A stretch of DNA of 64,000 nt, taken from Curvularia clavata. Lineage: Eukaryota. The stretch covers positions 620,001 to 684,000 of the forward strand of contig CP089274.1 in NCBI GenBank assembly GCA_023920165.1, given 5' to 3'. Within the stretch, counting starts at the first letter, position 1, and each line of letters opens with the position of its first letter. The notes below the pieces were generated by a model, which worked only from the letters and a program-made list of their open reading frames with translations, was not told the DNA's origin and did not search any database. Positions 63,645-64,000 of the stretch are shown here, one piece after another. Position numbers and translations under genes: made by a program.

Positions 63645-64000
63645 GGTGTTTGTGGGAGAGAATGCTGTGCGACGAGAGTCTTCGTGCCTGCGCGAAGAGA
63701 AGTAGGGAGTCTAGGAAAACAAGGCCATACAATGACGCTCAGCGATTGAGGGGGGGGAGAAACAGGGATCGGTGAAGAAGAAGAAGAAGTAGGCACAAGC
63801 GGCAGGTGCACGCGGATAGGTCGGCGTCTAAACTCTTGACATTAAAGTACCTGAAATGCAATCACCAGGACGCGGCAGCCAACCAGAACGGCGGCCCCCG
63901 TTTGTCTGCTGGCGGTCCCTCCTGAAGAGACTGAAACCTGGCAGGTCGGCCATACGCAGGCGCGTGCACTAGCAGAATAGTCCACCTGACCGTCCCTGGC

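Overview
Intron-containing filamentous ascomycete DNA, most likely Pleosporales: the SDR at 4.4 kb closely matches the Alternaria mannitol dehydrogenase as I recall it. The window holds about 28 protein genes, mostly housekeeping (CAB5, HAT2, XRN1, SEN2, AIM25-like scramblase, MRPL1, COG2, NPY1, MRPL15, RTT109, glucosylceramide synthase, TRK, glycogen synthase). Two blocks look accessory. The first (22.8-26.1 kb) has a Cys-rich peptide and an AsnB-type amidotransferase. The second (30.2-41.2 kb) has two tandem Tc1/impala-like transposons (one RIP-inactivated, one intact), a membrane protein, a CE16 esterase, an MFS permease, a divergent 5S rRNA and a GNAT. Strongest leads: a stand-alone fungal gasdermin-like ORF (2065-2970), a likely Acm1-type APC/C pseudosubstrate inhibitor with ABBA-KEN-D-box motifs (7534-8744), the tandem transposons with a palindromic junction, and a 5S rRNA variant whose changes are compensatory. 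All homology calls come from motif recognition by eye and from memory; no searches were run.
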